Positions 1 through 9,987 of a stretch of 64,000 bases of DNA are shown piece by piece (positions within the stretch are counted from its first letter, which is position 1; each line of letters begins with the position of its first letter). The translations under genes and the position numbers were made by a program. The notes beneath the pieces are model-generated. The model saw only the letters and a program-made list of their open reading frames with translations, was not told the origin of the DNA and made no database searches. Origin of the DNA: an uncultured Gemmatimonadaceae bacterium (GTDB lineage: Bacteria > Gemmatimonadota > Gemmatimonadetes > Gemmatimonadales > Gemmatimonadaceae); NCBI GenBank assembly GCA_963761305.1, contig CAVXGK010000002.1, positions 768,001-832,000 on the forward strand, read 5' to 3'.

Positions 1-429
1 GCCGAACGCCGAATGCCGATTCGTCATCGCGAGGCCCGCCGAGAACAGGCTGGTGCCGTACGGAATCTCGCCGCCGATCGATTGCGGATCAGTCTCGGTG
101 CGCAGGATGTCGCTCACCGACGCCTGGGCGTAAGAGACCGCGGCGAGGAGACCGGGTCGAACGCGGTACTCGGCGCCGATCATGGCCAGTTGAACGCCCT
201 GGTTCTGCGGCGTCGTCAAACCGGCGAGACCGATCGACGCGCGCTGCGTGGAGTCGGCGGCACGACTCGCCGGATTCCATAGACTGGCGGGCATTCGCGT
301 GCTCAAGGCCGGCGCGTCGGCGAGGAGGCCGAGCGGGAACTCGAACAGGTCGCGCGCGGGCACCGATTGGGCCGCCGCGGGCGCCGAGAGGAGGACTGAA
401 GCGAGCGCGGCGAAGGTGAAGCGCGACAT
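1..429 (-). CDS. Exported hypothetical protein, possibly an outer-membrane beta-barrel; runs off the window start
   Basis: Not in the ORF track. The frame is open from ATG 429 to base 1: MSRFTFAALASVLLSAPAAAQSVPARDLFEFPLG..., with an AxA-type signal peptide and a promoter directly upstream. Confidence 0.7.
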   Translation of the reverse strand, partial: MSRFTFAALASVLLSAPAAAQSVPARDLFEFPLGLLADAPALSTRMPASLWNPASRAADSTQRASIGLAGLTTPQNQGVQLAMIGAEYRVRPGLLAAVSYAQASVSDILRTETDPQSIGGEIPYGTSLFSAGLAMTNRHSAFG

Positions 430-436
430 ACACTTG

Positions 437-465
437 AGGTTAGCGGACGACACAGCAGCGGTCAA
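437..465 (-). promoter_or_regulatory. Sigma70-like promoter TTGACC-N17-TAACCT
   Basis: Consensus-like boxes with 17-nt spacing; the -10 lies 7 nt from ATG 429. Confidence 0.55.
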
Positions 466-516
466 GCAAAATCACTACCGTCAACGACCCGGTCCGAATA
501 CATTCCGTGAACTGGA

Positions 517-2328
517 ATGAACCATTCGACGAAGCAGAATCTGCTTCTCGCCCCACACGCCACAACTCTGCGCACGCACCTCTGCGGCGCCCTTCGCGCT
601 GCCGATGTCGGGCAACGCGTGCGGCTTGGCGGCTGGGTGCATCGCAATCGCGACCTCGGTGGGCTCGCGTTCATCGATCTGCGCGATCGCGCGGGGATCG
701 TGCAGATCTCGTTCGATCCGAAGCACTGTGCAGCCGACGTGTGCGCGGCCGCGGCGGCGCTCGGACCCGAGACCGTCGTCCTCGTGGATGGTGACGTCGT
801 CGCGCGGCCGGAAGCGATGAGAAACCCTGATCTGGCGACAGGTGAGGTCGAGATTCGCGCGACGGGACTGACCGTAGTGGGTCCGTCGACACCGCCGGCC
901 ATTCCCGTCGCGCGCGCGCGCAACGAGAACCTCGCGGCCGAAGAGCTGCGTCTGCGCCATCGTTTTCTCGACCTTCGCCGGCCCGAGTTGCAGGAGAACA
1001 TCATCCTGCGCCACAGGCTCATGCAGGTGACGCGGAGCTACCTGAGCGAGAACGGCTTCTTCGAGATCGAGACGCCGATCCTCACCAAGCCGACGCCCGA
1101 GGGCGCGCGCGACTATCTCGTGCCGAGCCGCGTGCATCCGGGCGAGTTCTACGCGCTGCCGCAGTCGCCGCAGCTCTACAAGCAGCTGCTCATGGTCTCG
1201 GGGTTCGACCGGTATTTCCAGATCGCGCGGTGTTTCCGCGACGAGGACCTGCGTCAGGACCGGCAGCCGGAGTTCACGCAGATCGACATCGAGGCGTCGT
1301 TCATCCAGACCGAAGACATTCTTCGGCTGAGTGAAGGACTCGTCGGCGCGCTGTGGCGCGAGGCCGGTGTCGAGATTCCGCCGCGCTTTCCGCGCATGAC
1401 CTACACCGAGGCGATGGAGCGCTTCGGCTCGGACAGGCCGGACACGCGCTACGCGCTCGAGATCTTCGACGCGAGCGAGGCGTTTCGCGGCGCCGAGTTC
1501 GCGATCACGCGCGCGGCGCTCGACGCCGGCGGACGCGTGCGCGGCATTCGTGTGCCCGGCGGCGCCGCGCTGTCGCGCAAGCAGGTGGACGAGATCGAAG
1601 CCGAGGCCAAGAAGGCCGGCGCGGCCGGACTGCTGCGGCTCAAGTTCGTGAACGGCGCCCTCGATGGACCGATCGCAAAGTTTTTACTGGAAGGATCGAA
1701 CAAGCAGCTCGCGTTGGCCGAAGGCGAGCTCGCCCTGTTCGTGGCCGGCCCGGACCGGGTCTCGAATCCGGCGCTCGACCGCGTCCGGGAGGACGTGGCG
1801 CGCCGCATGAACCTGATTCCGGAATCCAAATTGAAGTTCCTGTGGGTCACGGATTTTCCGATGTTCGATCGCGATCCGGCCACCGGCGCCCTGGGCGCGG
1901 TTCACCACCCGTTCACGTCGCCGATGCCGGAGGACCTGCCGCTTCTCGACAGCGCGCCGGAGAAGGCGCGCGCCCAGGCCTACGACTGCGTGCTCAATGG
2001 CACCGAGCTCGGCGGCGGCAGCATCCGCGTGAGCGACCCGCGTCTCCAGGCGAAGGTCTTTTCGCTCCTCGGCATCGACGAAGCGACGGCCGCGGCGCGG
2101 TTCGGGTTCCTGCTCGAAGGACTCCGCGCCGGCGCGCCGCCGCACGGCGGCATCGCGTTCGGGTTCGATCGGGTCGCGATGCAGCTGGCCGGCGCCGGCT
2201 CGCTGCGCGACGTGATCGCGTTTCCGAAGACGACCGCGGCGCGCGCCCTGTTCGAAGGCGCGCCATCGGCGGTGCCGCCGGAGGATCTGCGCGATCTGCA
2301 CATCAGCGTGACGGAAACCAAGGCGTGA
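517..2328 (+). CDS. aspS: Aspartate--tRNA ligase
   Basis: LRTHLCG, EGARDYLVPSR, YFQIARCFRDED, RQPEFTQID and GAPPHGGIAFG motifs. Confidence 0.98.
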   Translation: MNHSTKQNLLLAPHATTLRTHLCGALRAADVGQRVRLGGWVHRNRDLGGLAFIDLRDRAGIVQISFDPKHCAADVCAAAAALGPETVVLVDGDVVARPEAMRNPDLATGEVEIRATGLTVVGPSTPPAIPVARARNENLAAEELRLRHRFLDLRRPELQENIILRHRLMQVTRSYLSENGFFEIETPILTKPTPEGARDYLVPSRVHPGEFYALPQSPQLYKQLLMVSGFDRYFQIARCFRDEDLRQDRQPEFTQIDIEASFIQTEDILRLSEGLVGALWREAGVEIPPRFPRMTYTEAMERFGSDRPDTRYALEIFDASEAFRGAEFAITRAALDAGGRVRGIRVPGGAALSRKQVDEIEAEAKKAGAAGLLRLKFVNGALDGPIAKFLLEGSNKQLALAEGELALFVAGPDRVSNPALDRVREDVARRMNLIPESKLKFLWVTDFPMFDRDPATGALGAVHHPFTSPMPEDLPLLDSAPEKARAQAYDCVLNGTELGGGSIRVSDPRLQAKVFSLLGIDEATAAARFGFLLEGLRAGAPPHGGIAFGFDRVAMQLAGAGSLRDVIAFPKTTAARALFEGAPSAVPPEDLRDLHISVTETKA

Positions 2329-3296
2329 CCGACGCGGTGACCGAGCGCCTCTCCACGGAAGGCGCCGACCCGCTGACGCTCGCGGGCGTGAACGACGGCA
2401 ACCTCGTCGAATTGTCGCGAGTGAGCGGCGCGCGCATCACGCTGCGCGGCGATACGCTCGCGATCTCCGGCCCGCCGGATCTCGTCGCCCGCGCGGCGGG
2501 AATCGCCCATCGGATGATCGAAGCCGCCCGGCAGCGTCGCGATCTCACGCCGGACGACATCCTCCGCTTCGGCGACTCGGTGGAGCGGCACGACGATACC
2601 GAGGACTCAGCGGACTCGCCGGCCGGCAACGGCACTCGCATCGCCCTGCCGGGAATCCGACGCGTCATCCAGCCCAAGACGGCCGGCCAGACGGAGTACC
2701 TGAAGAAGATTCAGGAGAACGACATCGTCGTGGGCATCGGACCCGCGGGAACGGGCAAGACGTATCTGGCCGTCGCCGCCGCGGTGGACGCGCTGGCGCG
2801 AAAGAAAGTCCGGCGCATCGTGCTCGCCCGGCCCGCGGTCGAAGCCGGCGAGAATCTCGGCTTCCTGCCGGGCGACATGCAGGCGAAGATCGACCCGTAT
2901 CTGCGCCCGCTGTACGACGCGCTCGACGACATGATGCCCTTTGAGCGCGTGCAGCGCGCGCTGGAGCAGCGCGTCATCGAGGTCGCGCCGCTCGCCTTCA
3001 TGCGCGGGCGCACGCTCGGCGATGCGTTCGTCATCGTCGACGAGGCCCAGAACGCCACGACGATGCAGATGAAGATGCTGCTCACGCGACTCGGCGTGAA
3101 TTCACGAATGGTCATCACCGGCGACAAGACGCAAGTCGATCTGCCGAAGCGCGAGGATTCGGGCCTCATGCAGGTCGAACGAATCCTGCCGGGCATCGAC
3201 GGCATCGGATTCCACTACTTCACGGAGATCGACGTGGTTCGTCACCGCCTCGTCCGCGACATCGTTCGCGCGTACGCGGCCGACAGCGAGGTCTAG
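2325..3296 (+). CDS. phoH: PhoH family ATPase
   Basis: GPAGTGKT, RPAVEAGE, LGFLPGD, MRGRT and DEAQN motifs; GTG start overlaps the aspS stop. Confidence 0.93.
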   Translation: MTDAVTERLSTEGADPLTLAGVNDGNLVELSRVSGARITLRGDTLAISGPPDLVARAAGIAHRMIEAARQRRDLTPDDILRFGDSVERHDDTEDSADSPAGNGTRIALPGIRRVIQPKTAGQTEYLKKIQENDIVVGIGPAGTGKTYLAVAAAVDALARKKVRRIVLARPAVEAGENLGFLPGDMQAKIDPYLRPLYDALDDMMPFERVQRALEQRVIEVAPLAFMRGRTLGDAFVIVDEAQNATTMQMKMLLTRLGVNSRMVITGDKTQVDLPKREDSGLMQVERILPGIDGIGFHYFTEIDVVRHRLVRDIVRAYAADSEV

Positions 3297-3352
3297 CCAC
3301 TCGTGCGCGTGTCTCCCGCCGTCCTCCTCCGCCTCGCATCGCGCGCGCACGC

Positions 3353-3949
3353 GTGAGCCTCGACGTGGACGTCTCGACGTCCGGAGTGCGCTCACCCATC
3401 GCCGCGGCGCGGCTGGCCGACGCGGCTCGCGCGGCACTGCGGGCGGAGAAGGTGCGCAACGCCCTCGTCTCGATCGCGCTGGTCGACCGCCGCACGATCG
3501 CGCGGTTGAACCGCGCGCATCTCGGACATCGCGGCCCGACGGACGTGATCTCGTTTTCGTTCGCGCGCGCGACGGACCGTGACGCCGTGATCGGCGATAT
3601 ATATCTGTCGCCGGATGTCGCGCGCGAAAATGCCGCGGCGCGCGGAGTGCCCGTACGCGAGGAGCTCGTCCGGCTCGTCGTCCACGGAACGCTTCACGTC
3701 CTCGGCCGCGATCACCCCGACGGATCGACGCGCGAAGCGTCGCCAATGTGGAAGCGACAGGAGCGGATCGTCCGGCGTCTGACGGGGAAGGGGGGGGCCG
3801 GTGATCCTCGAGATCGCGGATTGGATCGTCGGCGGTACGGCGACGCTGGTCGCCGTCGCGTGCGCCGCGGCCGACTCGGCGCTGCTCGTCTCGCACGTGT
3901 CCGAAACGACGAGCGCGTGGGACGCGGAGTTCGCCGACCGGGAGCGTGA
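3353..3949 (+). CDS. ybeY: rRNA maturation RNase YbeY; 3' end probably extended by an indel in a G run
   Basis: PTDVISF, GDIYL and HGTLHVLGRDH motifs; typical phoH-ybeY-corC order. Confidence 0.9.
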   Translation: MSLDVDVSTSGVRSPIAAARLADAARAALRAEKVRNALVSIALVDRRTIARLNRAHLGHRGPTDVISFSFARATDRDAVIGDIYLSPDVARENAAARGVPVREELVRLVVHGTLHVLGRDHPDGSTREASPMWKRQERIVRRLTGKGGAGDPRDRGLDRRRYGDAGRRRVRRGRLGAARLARVRNDERVGRGVRRPGA

Positions 3950-5045
3950 CCATCGCGCGCTGTCGATGGCTCGCGTGCTCGCCTACGTGATCGCCGGAGC
4001 GGCCTTCGCGCAGGGACTGCGGCTGCCCGACGCGTCGCCGTGGATACGAGTGCTCGCCATCGCGCTGGCGGGGGTGATCGTGTGCGCCGTCGCCGAAGGC
4101 TTCGGGCCGGCGATCGGCGAAGCGGCGGCCGAGGCCGGTTCATCGAGGTTCGAGCCGCTCACGCGATTCACCAGCGTCGTGCTTCGTCCGGCCGTGGCGC
4201 TCGGGCAGTTGATCGACCGCGCGCTGCACCTCTTGATCCCCGCCGCGCCGCTCCGCGACGAAGACCGCGAGACGTCCGCCGAACAGTTCCGCGAAGTGGT
4301 CGCGGCGGAAGCGGAGGTCTCGTCGGCCGAGGAAGAGCTCATTCACGGCGTCTTCTCACTCGGCGAGACCGAGGTGCAGGAAATCATGATCCCGCGCGTC
4401 GACATCGTGGGCATCGAAGCCGAAACGCCGTGGTCCGAGACGCTCGACCGCATTCGAAGCTCGCAGCACGCGCGGCTGCCCGTGTTTCGCGAGTCGATCG
4501 ACGACATCGTCGGCATCCTGTACGCGAAGGACGTTCTCCCCGCCATCGTCGCCGACGAGGAACCGGCGGGCGGTTGGGGATCGCTCGTCCGCCGCGCGAC
4601 GTTCATTCCCGTCTCCAAGCGGATCGACGCGCAGCTGCGCGAGTTTCAGTCGAGCCGCACGCACATCGCCATCGTGAGCGACGAGTACGGCGGCACCGCG
4701 GGGCTCATCACCATCGAAGACATTCTCGAGGAGATCGTCGGCGAGATTCGCGACGAGTACGACGTCGAGGAGCCGCCGATCGAGCAGCAGGGCGCCGATC
4801 GCTTCTGGGTGAGCGGCAATGTGCCGATCGACGAGCTGGCCGAGCGTCTCGAGACCGATTTCGGCATCGAGGACGTGGCGACAGTGGGCGGGCTCGTGTA
4901 CGCGCTGTTCAGACGCGTGCCGAGATCGGGCGAATGGCTCGCGCACTCGGGATTTCGCGTCGTGGTGGAACGCGTTCGGCGCCGGCGCATCGAGCGCGTG
5001 TACTTCGAGCGTCTCGAGCCGGCGCGCACGGCGGAGACTGAATGA
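3801..5045 (+). CDS. Hemolysin/CorC (CNNM) family protein: TM region, CBS pair, CorC_HlyC domain
   Basis: EIMIPRVDI and DEYGGTAGLITIEDILEEIVGEIRDEYD motifs. Confidence 0.9.
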   Translation: MILEIADWIVGGTATLVAVACAAADSALLVSHVSETTSAWDAEFADRERDHRALSMARVLAYVIAGAAFAQGLRLPDASPWIRVLAIALAGVIVCAVAEGFGPAIGEAAAEAGSSRFEPLTRFTSVVLRPAVALGQLIDRALHLLIPAAPLRDEDRETSAEQFREVVAAEAEVSSAEEELIHGVFSLGETEVQEIMIPRVDIVGIEAETPWSETLDRIRSSQHARLPVFRESIDDIVGILYAKDVLPAIVADEEPAGGWGSLVRRATFIPVSKRIDAQLREFQSSRTHIAIVSDEYGGTAGLITIEDILEEIVGEIRDEYDVEEPPIEQQGADRFWVSGNVPIDELAERLETDFGIEDVATVGGLVYALFRRVPRSGEWLAHSGFRVVVERVRRRRIERVYFERLEPARTAETE

Positions 5046-6019
5046 CCCTCACGCTGCCGCTGCTCGTCGCGCTCGGCGTCGTCGCAATGCTCACCGCCGG
5101 GGGCACCGCGGTCCGACTCGTGAGCCGGATTTGGCTCCGGCACTGGGCCGAGCGGCGGCTGCGCGGGTCGGTCGCGGCCGTGACGTATCTGGAACGGCCG
5201 CACCGCCTCTTGACCGCCGCCGGAGCCGGTGTCGCGCTGACGCTCGTCGTCGCGGGCATGTCGCTCGGCACGACGGGCGGCGTGTCGGGAGTGCTCCTCG
5301 AGGCGATCGTGTTCGCCGGCCTGGTCGTTCTCGCGGGACAACTCGTGCCGCGCGCGATCGCGCGGCGTTGGCCGTCGGCCGTGGCGGCAACGACGCTGCC
5401 CGTGCTACGCCTCGCCGACATGACGACGCTCCCGCTCGTCGGGATCGGGCGCGCCGCGGCGCGACTGGTCGTCGAGCAGGCGCCGCCCAAGCCCGTGGCG
5501 GAAGGGCGCGACCCGATTCAAGAGTTGCTGCGCGAGGGTGAGCTCGAGGGCATCGGCGAGCGCGAAGAGATCGCGATCATCAGCGGCGTGGTCGAATTCA
5601 GCGGAAAAGTCGTGAAGGACGTCATGACGCCGCGCTCCGAGATGTTCGCGCTCCCCGACGGCGTGGATCCGCACTCGCTCGCCGCGCAGATCGCGCAGTC
5701 GCGCTACAGCCGCGTTCCCATTTATCATGGAACGCTCGATCAGATCATCGGCATGGTCCACGCGTTCGACGTGATCAAATCGCACGGCAGCATCGCCGGA
5801 CGGCTCCGTCCCGTGGCCTTCTCGGCTCCCGGCGCGCCGTGCAACGAGCTACTGTTTCGCATGCTCAGAGAGCGACTGCACCTCGCCGTCGTTCGCGACG
5901 AGTCGGGACGCGCGCTGGGGCTCGTCACGCTCGAGGATCTGCTCGAGGAACTGGTCGGCGACATCCGCGACGAGCACGACGAGCCGGATCCGCCGCGCGC
6001 CAAGCCGAGCGGATCGTGA
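5042..6019 (+). CDS. Second CNNM/CBS membrane protein, lacking the C-terminal CorC_HlyC domain
   Basis: GQLVPRAIA, DVMTPR, YSRVPIY and GLVTLEDLLEELVGDIRDEHD motifs. Confidence 0.87.
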   Translation: MTLTLPLLVALGVVAMLTAGGTAVRLVSRIWLRHWAERRLRGSVAAVTYLERPHRLLTAAGAGVALTLVVAGMSLGTTGGVSGVLLEAIVFAGLVVLAGQLVPRAIARRWPSAVAATTLPVLRLADMTTLPLVGIGRAAARLVVEQAPPKPVAEGRDPIQELLREGELEGIGEREEIAIISGVVEFSGKVVKDVMTPRSEMFALPDGVDPHSLAAQIAQSRYSRVPIYHGTLDQIIGMVHAFDVIKSHGSIAGRLRPVAFSAPGAPCNELLFRMLRERLHLAVVRDESGRALGLVTLEDLLEELVGDIRDEHDEPDPPRAKPSGS

Positions 6020-7095
6020 CGGCGACGCCGGCGCTGGATCGCACTGCCCAACTGCTCGCCGACTTCGACGCGGGACGCAAAGCCGCGCTCGCGCGTGTCG
6101 TGAGCGTGGTCGAGAATCACCGGCCGGGCTTCGACCGCATTCTGGCGACGCTGCATTCGCGCGTCGGCCGGGCGCGACGCATTGGGATCACCGGGCCGCC
6201 CGGCGCCGGAAAGAGTACGCTCACCGTCCATCTCGCGCGCTCGTATCGCGAGGCCGGCCTGTCGGTGGGAATCATCGCCGTGGATCCGACGTCGCCGTTC
6301 ACCGGCGGCGCGCTGCTCGGCGATCGCATTCGCATGGAAGCCGTCGCGCTCGATCCCGGCGTGTTCATTCGCTCGATGGCCACGCGCGGGTCGCTCGGCG
6401 GATTGGCCGCCGCGACGCGCGAGGTGGCCGACGTGCTCGACGCGTTCGGACTCGACCGCGTGCTCATCGAAACGGTGGGCGTGGGACAGAGTGAGCTCGA
6501 CATCGCGCGCACCGCGGACACGAGCGTGGTCGTGCTCGTTCCCGAATCGGGCGATTCGATTCAAACGCTCAAGGCGGGCCTGATGGAGATCGCGGACGTG
6601 TTCGTGGTGAACAAGGCGGACCGGCCGGGTGCGGATCGTCTGCGCAACGAGATCGAGCTGATGCTCGGACTTCGCCAGGGCGCGACGATGCGGAACGTGC
6701 CGGCGCACCACGGCGTCGACCTCTCGATGAATCCGATGCGCGCCGCCAGAGCGGCGGCTCGCGAGGACAACCCGGACCACTGGACCTCTCCGGTGCTTCG
6801 AACCGTTGCATCGCAAGGCGAGGGAATTGCCGAAGTGATCGCGGCGACGGATCGGCATCTCAGCTATCTTGAGAAGAGCGGGGAGCTGGGCGCGCGCCGC
6901 CGGGCTCGGTTGCGCGATCGCGTCGAAGACGTCGTTGAAATGCGAGTCCGGAGGCGCCTCTGGACGAACTCCGACACGAACGCGTGGCTGGACACCCAGC
7001 TTCCGGCGCTTCAAGCCGGCGCGACGAATCCGTTCGCCGTGGCGGACGAATTGCTGGCGCGCAGCGCGGACCTTCTAACGCGGAACGAGTCATGA
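6016..7095 (+). CDS. meaB: B12-mutase-associated GTPase MeaB/ArgK
   Basis: [37 protein letters not shown] and NKAD motifs. Confidence 0.95.
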   Translation: MTATPALDRTAQLLADFDAGRKAALARVVSVVENHRPGFDRILATLHSRVGRARRIGITGPPGAGKSTLTVHLARSYREAGLSVGIIAVDPTSPFTGGALLGDRIRMEAVALDPGVFIRSMATRGSLGGLAAATREVADVLDAFGLDRVLIETVGVGQSELDIARTADTSVVVLVPESGDSIQTLKAGLMEIADVFVVNKADRPGADRLRNEIELMLGLRQGATMRNVPAHHGVDLSMNPMRAARAAAREDNPDHWTSPVLRTVASQGEGIAEVIAATDRHLSYLEKSGELGARRRARLRDRVEDVVEMRVRRRLWTNSDTNAWLDTQLPALQAGATNPFAVADELLARSADLLTRNES

Positions 7096-8789
7096 CGTCG
7101 ACGCGAGACTTCACCCACCACGCGGCGGAGGACGACCGGGGCGAGCTCGATCGCCTGCGGGCGGAGCTCGCCGAGTGGCGTCGCCGATATGCCGCGGGCG
7201 AATTGCGCGACATCGCGTTCATGAATTCGGCGCGCGAAGTCGAGGCGTTCTACACGGCCCTCGACGTCGATCCGCAGACGGCCGACAACCTCGGCGTTCC
7301 CGGCACGTACCCGTTCACGCGCGGCATTCACCCGACGGGCTACCGCGGCAAGCTGTGGACGATGCGGCAGTTCGCCGGCTTCGGCAGCGCGCGCGATACG
7401 AACGCGCGCTTCAAGTTCCTGCTCGAGCACGGCCAAACGGGGCTCTCGACGGCGTTCGATTTCCCGACGCTCATGGGGTACGACTCCGACCATCCCCGCT
7501 CGCTCGGCGAAGTCGGCAAGACCGGCGTCGCGATCTCGAGCCTCGCCGACATGGAAGTGCTGTTCGACGGCATTCCGCTCGATCGTGTGTCGACGTCGAT
7601 GACGATCAACGGGCCGGCAATCATCGTCTGGGCGTTTTACGTGGCCGCGGCGGAGAAGCAGGGCGTTTCGTCGGACAAGCTGCGCGGCACGATTCAGAAC
7701 GACATCTTGAAAGAGTACATGGCGCAGCATGCGTGGTGCTTCCCGATCGAGCCCGCACTGCGTCTCATCGTCGACTGTTTCGAGTGGGGCGCGCAACACG
7801 CGCCGCTCTGGAATACGATCTCGATCTCCGGCTACCACATTCGCGAAGCGGGATCCACGGCAGCGCAGGAACTGGCGTTCACGCTCGCCGACGGCTTCAC
7901 GTACGTCGAGCGCGGCATCGCGCGCGGACTCGACGTCGACGATTTCGCGCCGCGCCTGTCGTTCTTCTGGGACATCCACAACGATTTCTTCGAGGAGATC
8001 GCCAAGCTCCGCGCGGCGCGCCGCATCTGGGCGCGCCACATGAAGGAGCGCTATCGCGCCCGCAGCCCGCGGTCGTGGATCATGCGATTCCACTCGCAGA
8101 CGGCCGGCGTCACGCTCACCGCGCAGCAGCCGATGAACAACGTCGTGCGCGTCGCCTATCAGGCGCTCGCCGCGGTCTTGGGCGGCACGCAGTCACTGCA
8201 CACCAACTCGATGGACGAGACGCTCGCGCTGCCGACGGAAGAAGCCGTGCAGGTCGCGCTGCGCACACAGCAGGTTCTCGCCTACGAAACCGGTGCGCCG
8301 AACGTCATCGATCCGCTCGGCGGCTCGTACTATGTCGAGGCGCTCACCGACCAGCTCGAGCGCGAAGCCGAGTCGCTCTTCGAGGAGATCGAGCAAGTGG
8401 GCGGCGTCGTGCGAGGACTCGAAACCGGCTGGTTCCAGCGCAAGATCGCCGAGTCGGCCGCCCGCCAGCAGTGGGAGATCGAGCAGCACCGTCGCGTGAT
8501 CGTGGGCGTGAACGAGTTCGTCACCAACGAACCCGAGCTCAGCATTCCGATTCTCAAGGTCGGCGCGGATGCGGAAGCGTCACAGCGCACGTCGATGGCC
8601 AAAATGCGCGCCGAGCGTGACAGCGCCGCGTGCACGGAAGCGCTCGACCGGCTTCGGACCGCGGCGAAGGGCAGCGAGAACGTGTTCCCGCACATCCTGG
8701 AGTGCGCGCGCCGGTACTGCACGCTGTACGAGATCCGCGCGGCGCTCGAAGACGTGTTCGGCGCGTACAGGGAGCCGGTCTTCTTCTAA
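7092..8789 (+). CDS. B12-dependent acyl-CoA mutase large (substrate-binding) subunit with ICM-like residues
   Basis: [36 protein letters not shown] and QSLHTN motifs; no B12-binding domain. Confidence 0.95.
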   Translation: MTSTRDFTHHAAEDDRGELDRLRAELAEWRRRYAAGELRDIAFMNSAREVEAFYTALDVDPQTADNLGVPGTYPFTRGIHPTGYRGKLWTMRQFAGFGSARDTNARFKFLLEHGQTGLSTAFDFPTLMGYDSDHPRSLGEVGKTGVAISSLADMEVLFDGIPLDRVSTSMTINGPAIIVWAFYVAAAEKQGVSSDKLRGTIQNDILKEYMAQHAWCFPIEPALRLIVDCFEWGAQHAPLWNTISISGYHIREAGSTAAQELAFTLADGFTYVERGIARGLDVDDFAPRLSFFWDIHNDFFEEIAKLRAARRIWARHMKERYRARSPRSWIMRFHSQTAGVTLTAQQPMNNVVRVAYQALAAVLGGTQSLHTNSMDETLALPTEEAVQVALRTQQVLAYETGAPNVIDPLGGSYYVEALTDQLEREAESLFEEIEQVGGVVRGLETGWFQRKIAESAARQQWEIEQHRRVIVGVNEFVTNEPELSIPILKVGADAEASQRTSMAKMRAERDSAACTEALDRLRTAAKGSENVFPHILECARRYCTLYEIRAALEDVFGAYREPVFF

Positions 8790-8835
8790 GGACTGAGTGC
8801 GGCGTCAGAGTGCGGGCGAGCACCTTGTCGCCGAC

Positions 8836-9786
8836 TCAGGCGAGCTGATCGAAATACTGTTCGATTCGCCTCCGCATCGCCGCATCCGGCAAGCGACCGC
8901 GCGCCGCGGCGTTGTTGTCCTCGGCGTACGCCACCATGTCCGTGCCCGGAATGACGCACGTGACGGCGGGATTCGACACGATGTACTTGAGCAGAATCTG
9001 CGGCCACGTCTTGGCGTCGAACTCCGCGGCCCACGGGGGCACCGGCTTGCCGAGCACGCGTGGAAGAACACGCGTGCGGCCGAACGGCAGATTGATCAGC
9101 ACCGCCATGCCGAGGTCCGCCGCGGCCGGAATCAGCCGTTCCTGGGCGCTGCGATTGTCGACCGCGAGATCGACCTGGAGGAAGTCGAGCTTGTGCTTCC
9201 TCATGGCGTCCTCGAGCGGCGCGTACTGCGGTTTGAAGCTCGTGGTGAAGCCGGTGTAGCGAATTCGCTTCGAGGCCTTGAGCTCCCTGAGCAGCGGGGC
9301 GATCTCATCCGGGTTCGCCAGGTTCCAGATCTGCAGGAGATCGATCCGCTCGGTGCGCAGCCGCTTGAATGAATCGTCGATTTGCGCGGCAGCGGTGGCG
9401 CGGTCGTTGGCGGGGCGTCCGACCTTCGTCGCGAGAAAATATTTGTCGCGATTCCCAAGCTCGGCGAGCGCGTTGCCGACAACGATCTCCGCGTCTCCGT
9501 ACGAGTGAGCGGTGTCGAGCAACTTTCCGCCGAGCTCGGGAAAGCGCTTGAGAACCGCTTTGAGCTCCGGCAGTTGCTCCGGCGTCGGGTGCTCGTACTT
9601 CACCGCCGTGCCCATGCCGACGACGGGCAGCTTTTCGCCGCTCGAGGGGATCGCGCGCTCGATGAGGTCGGCGGCCGTCAGGCGCGAGGACGTCAACGTC
9701 AGGGCGGGAAGCCCGCGCGCGGAGAGCAGCGCGCCGGCGCCGAACTTGATGGCCTCGCGGCGGGTCAAGTGATGATCACGGGACAT
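8836..9786 (-). CDS. Aldo/keto reductase with a Tat-like signal peptide
   Basis: TRREAIK signal; GMGT, DTAHSYG, ATKV and IDLLQI motifs. Confidence 0.9.
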   Translation of the reverse strand: MSRDHHLTRREAIKFGAGALLSARGLPALTLTSSRLTAADLIERAIPSSGEKLPVVGMGTAVKYEHPTPEQLPELKAVLKRFPELGGKLLDTAHSYGDAEIVVGNALAELGNRDKYFLATKVGRPANDRATAAAQIDDSFKRLRTERIDLLQIWNLANPDEIAPLLRELKASKRIRYTGFTTSFKPQYAPLEDAMRKHKLDFLQVDLAVDNRSAQERLIPAAADLGMAVLINLPFGRTRVLPRVLGKPVPPWAAEFDAKTWPQILLKYIVSNPAVTCVIPGTDMVAYAEDNNAAARGRLPDAAMRRRIEQYFDQLA

Positions 9787-9987
9787 CGGCTCCTCCGGAG
9801 GATCGGGGCATGGCTTCAAGATGGCGAAGCCGAGCTGGTGAGCGGAATAACCGGTGCATCGTGATCGGACGGCCCGCAGCGGTGACAAAATAGGACCAAG
9901 GTCGTATCGTCACGCCCGAGACCGTCCCGCTACGCTCAACGTCTCTCCCGCGCACTTCGGGCGGCACATCTGATAAATGAGACGGCA

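Noticed and set aside
5900..7100. Cobalamin riboswitch ahead of the B12 mutase genes
   Set aside because: The genes overlap with no intergenic space, and I recognised no B12-box.
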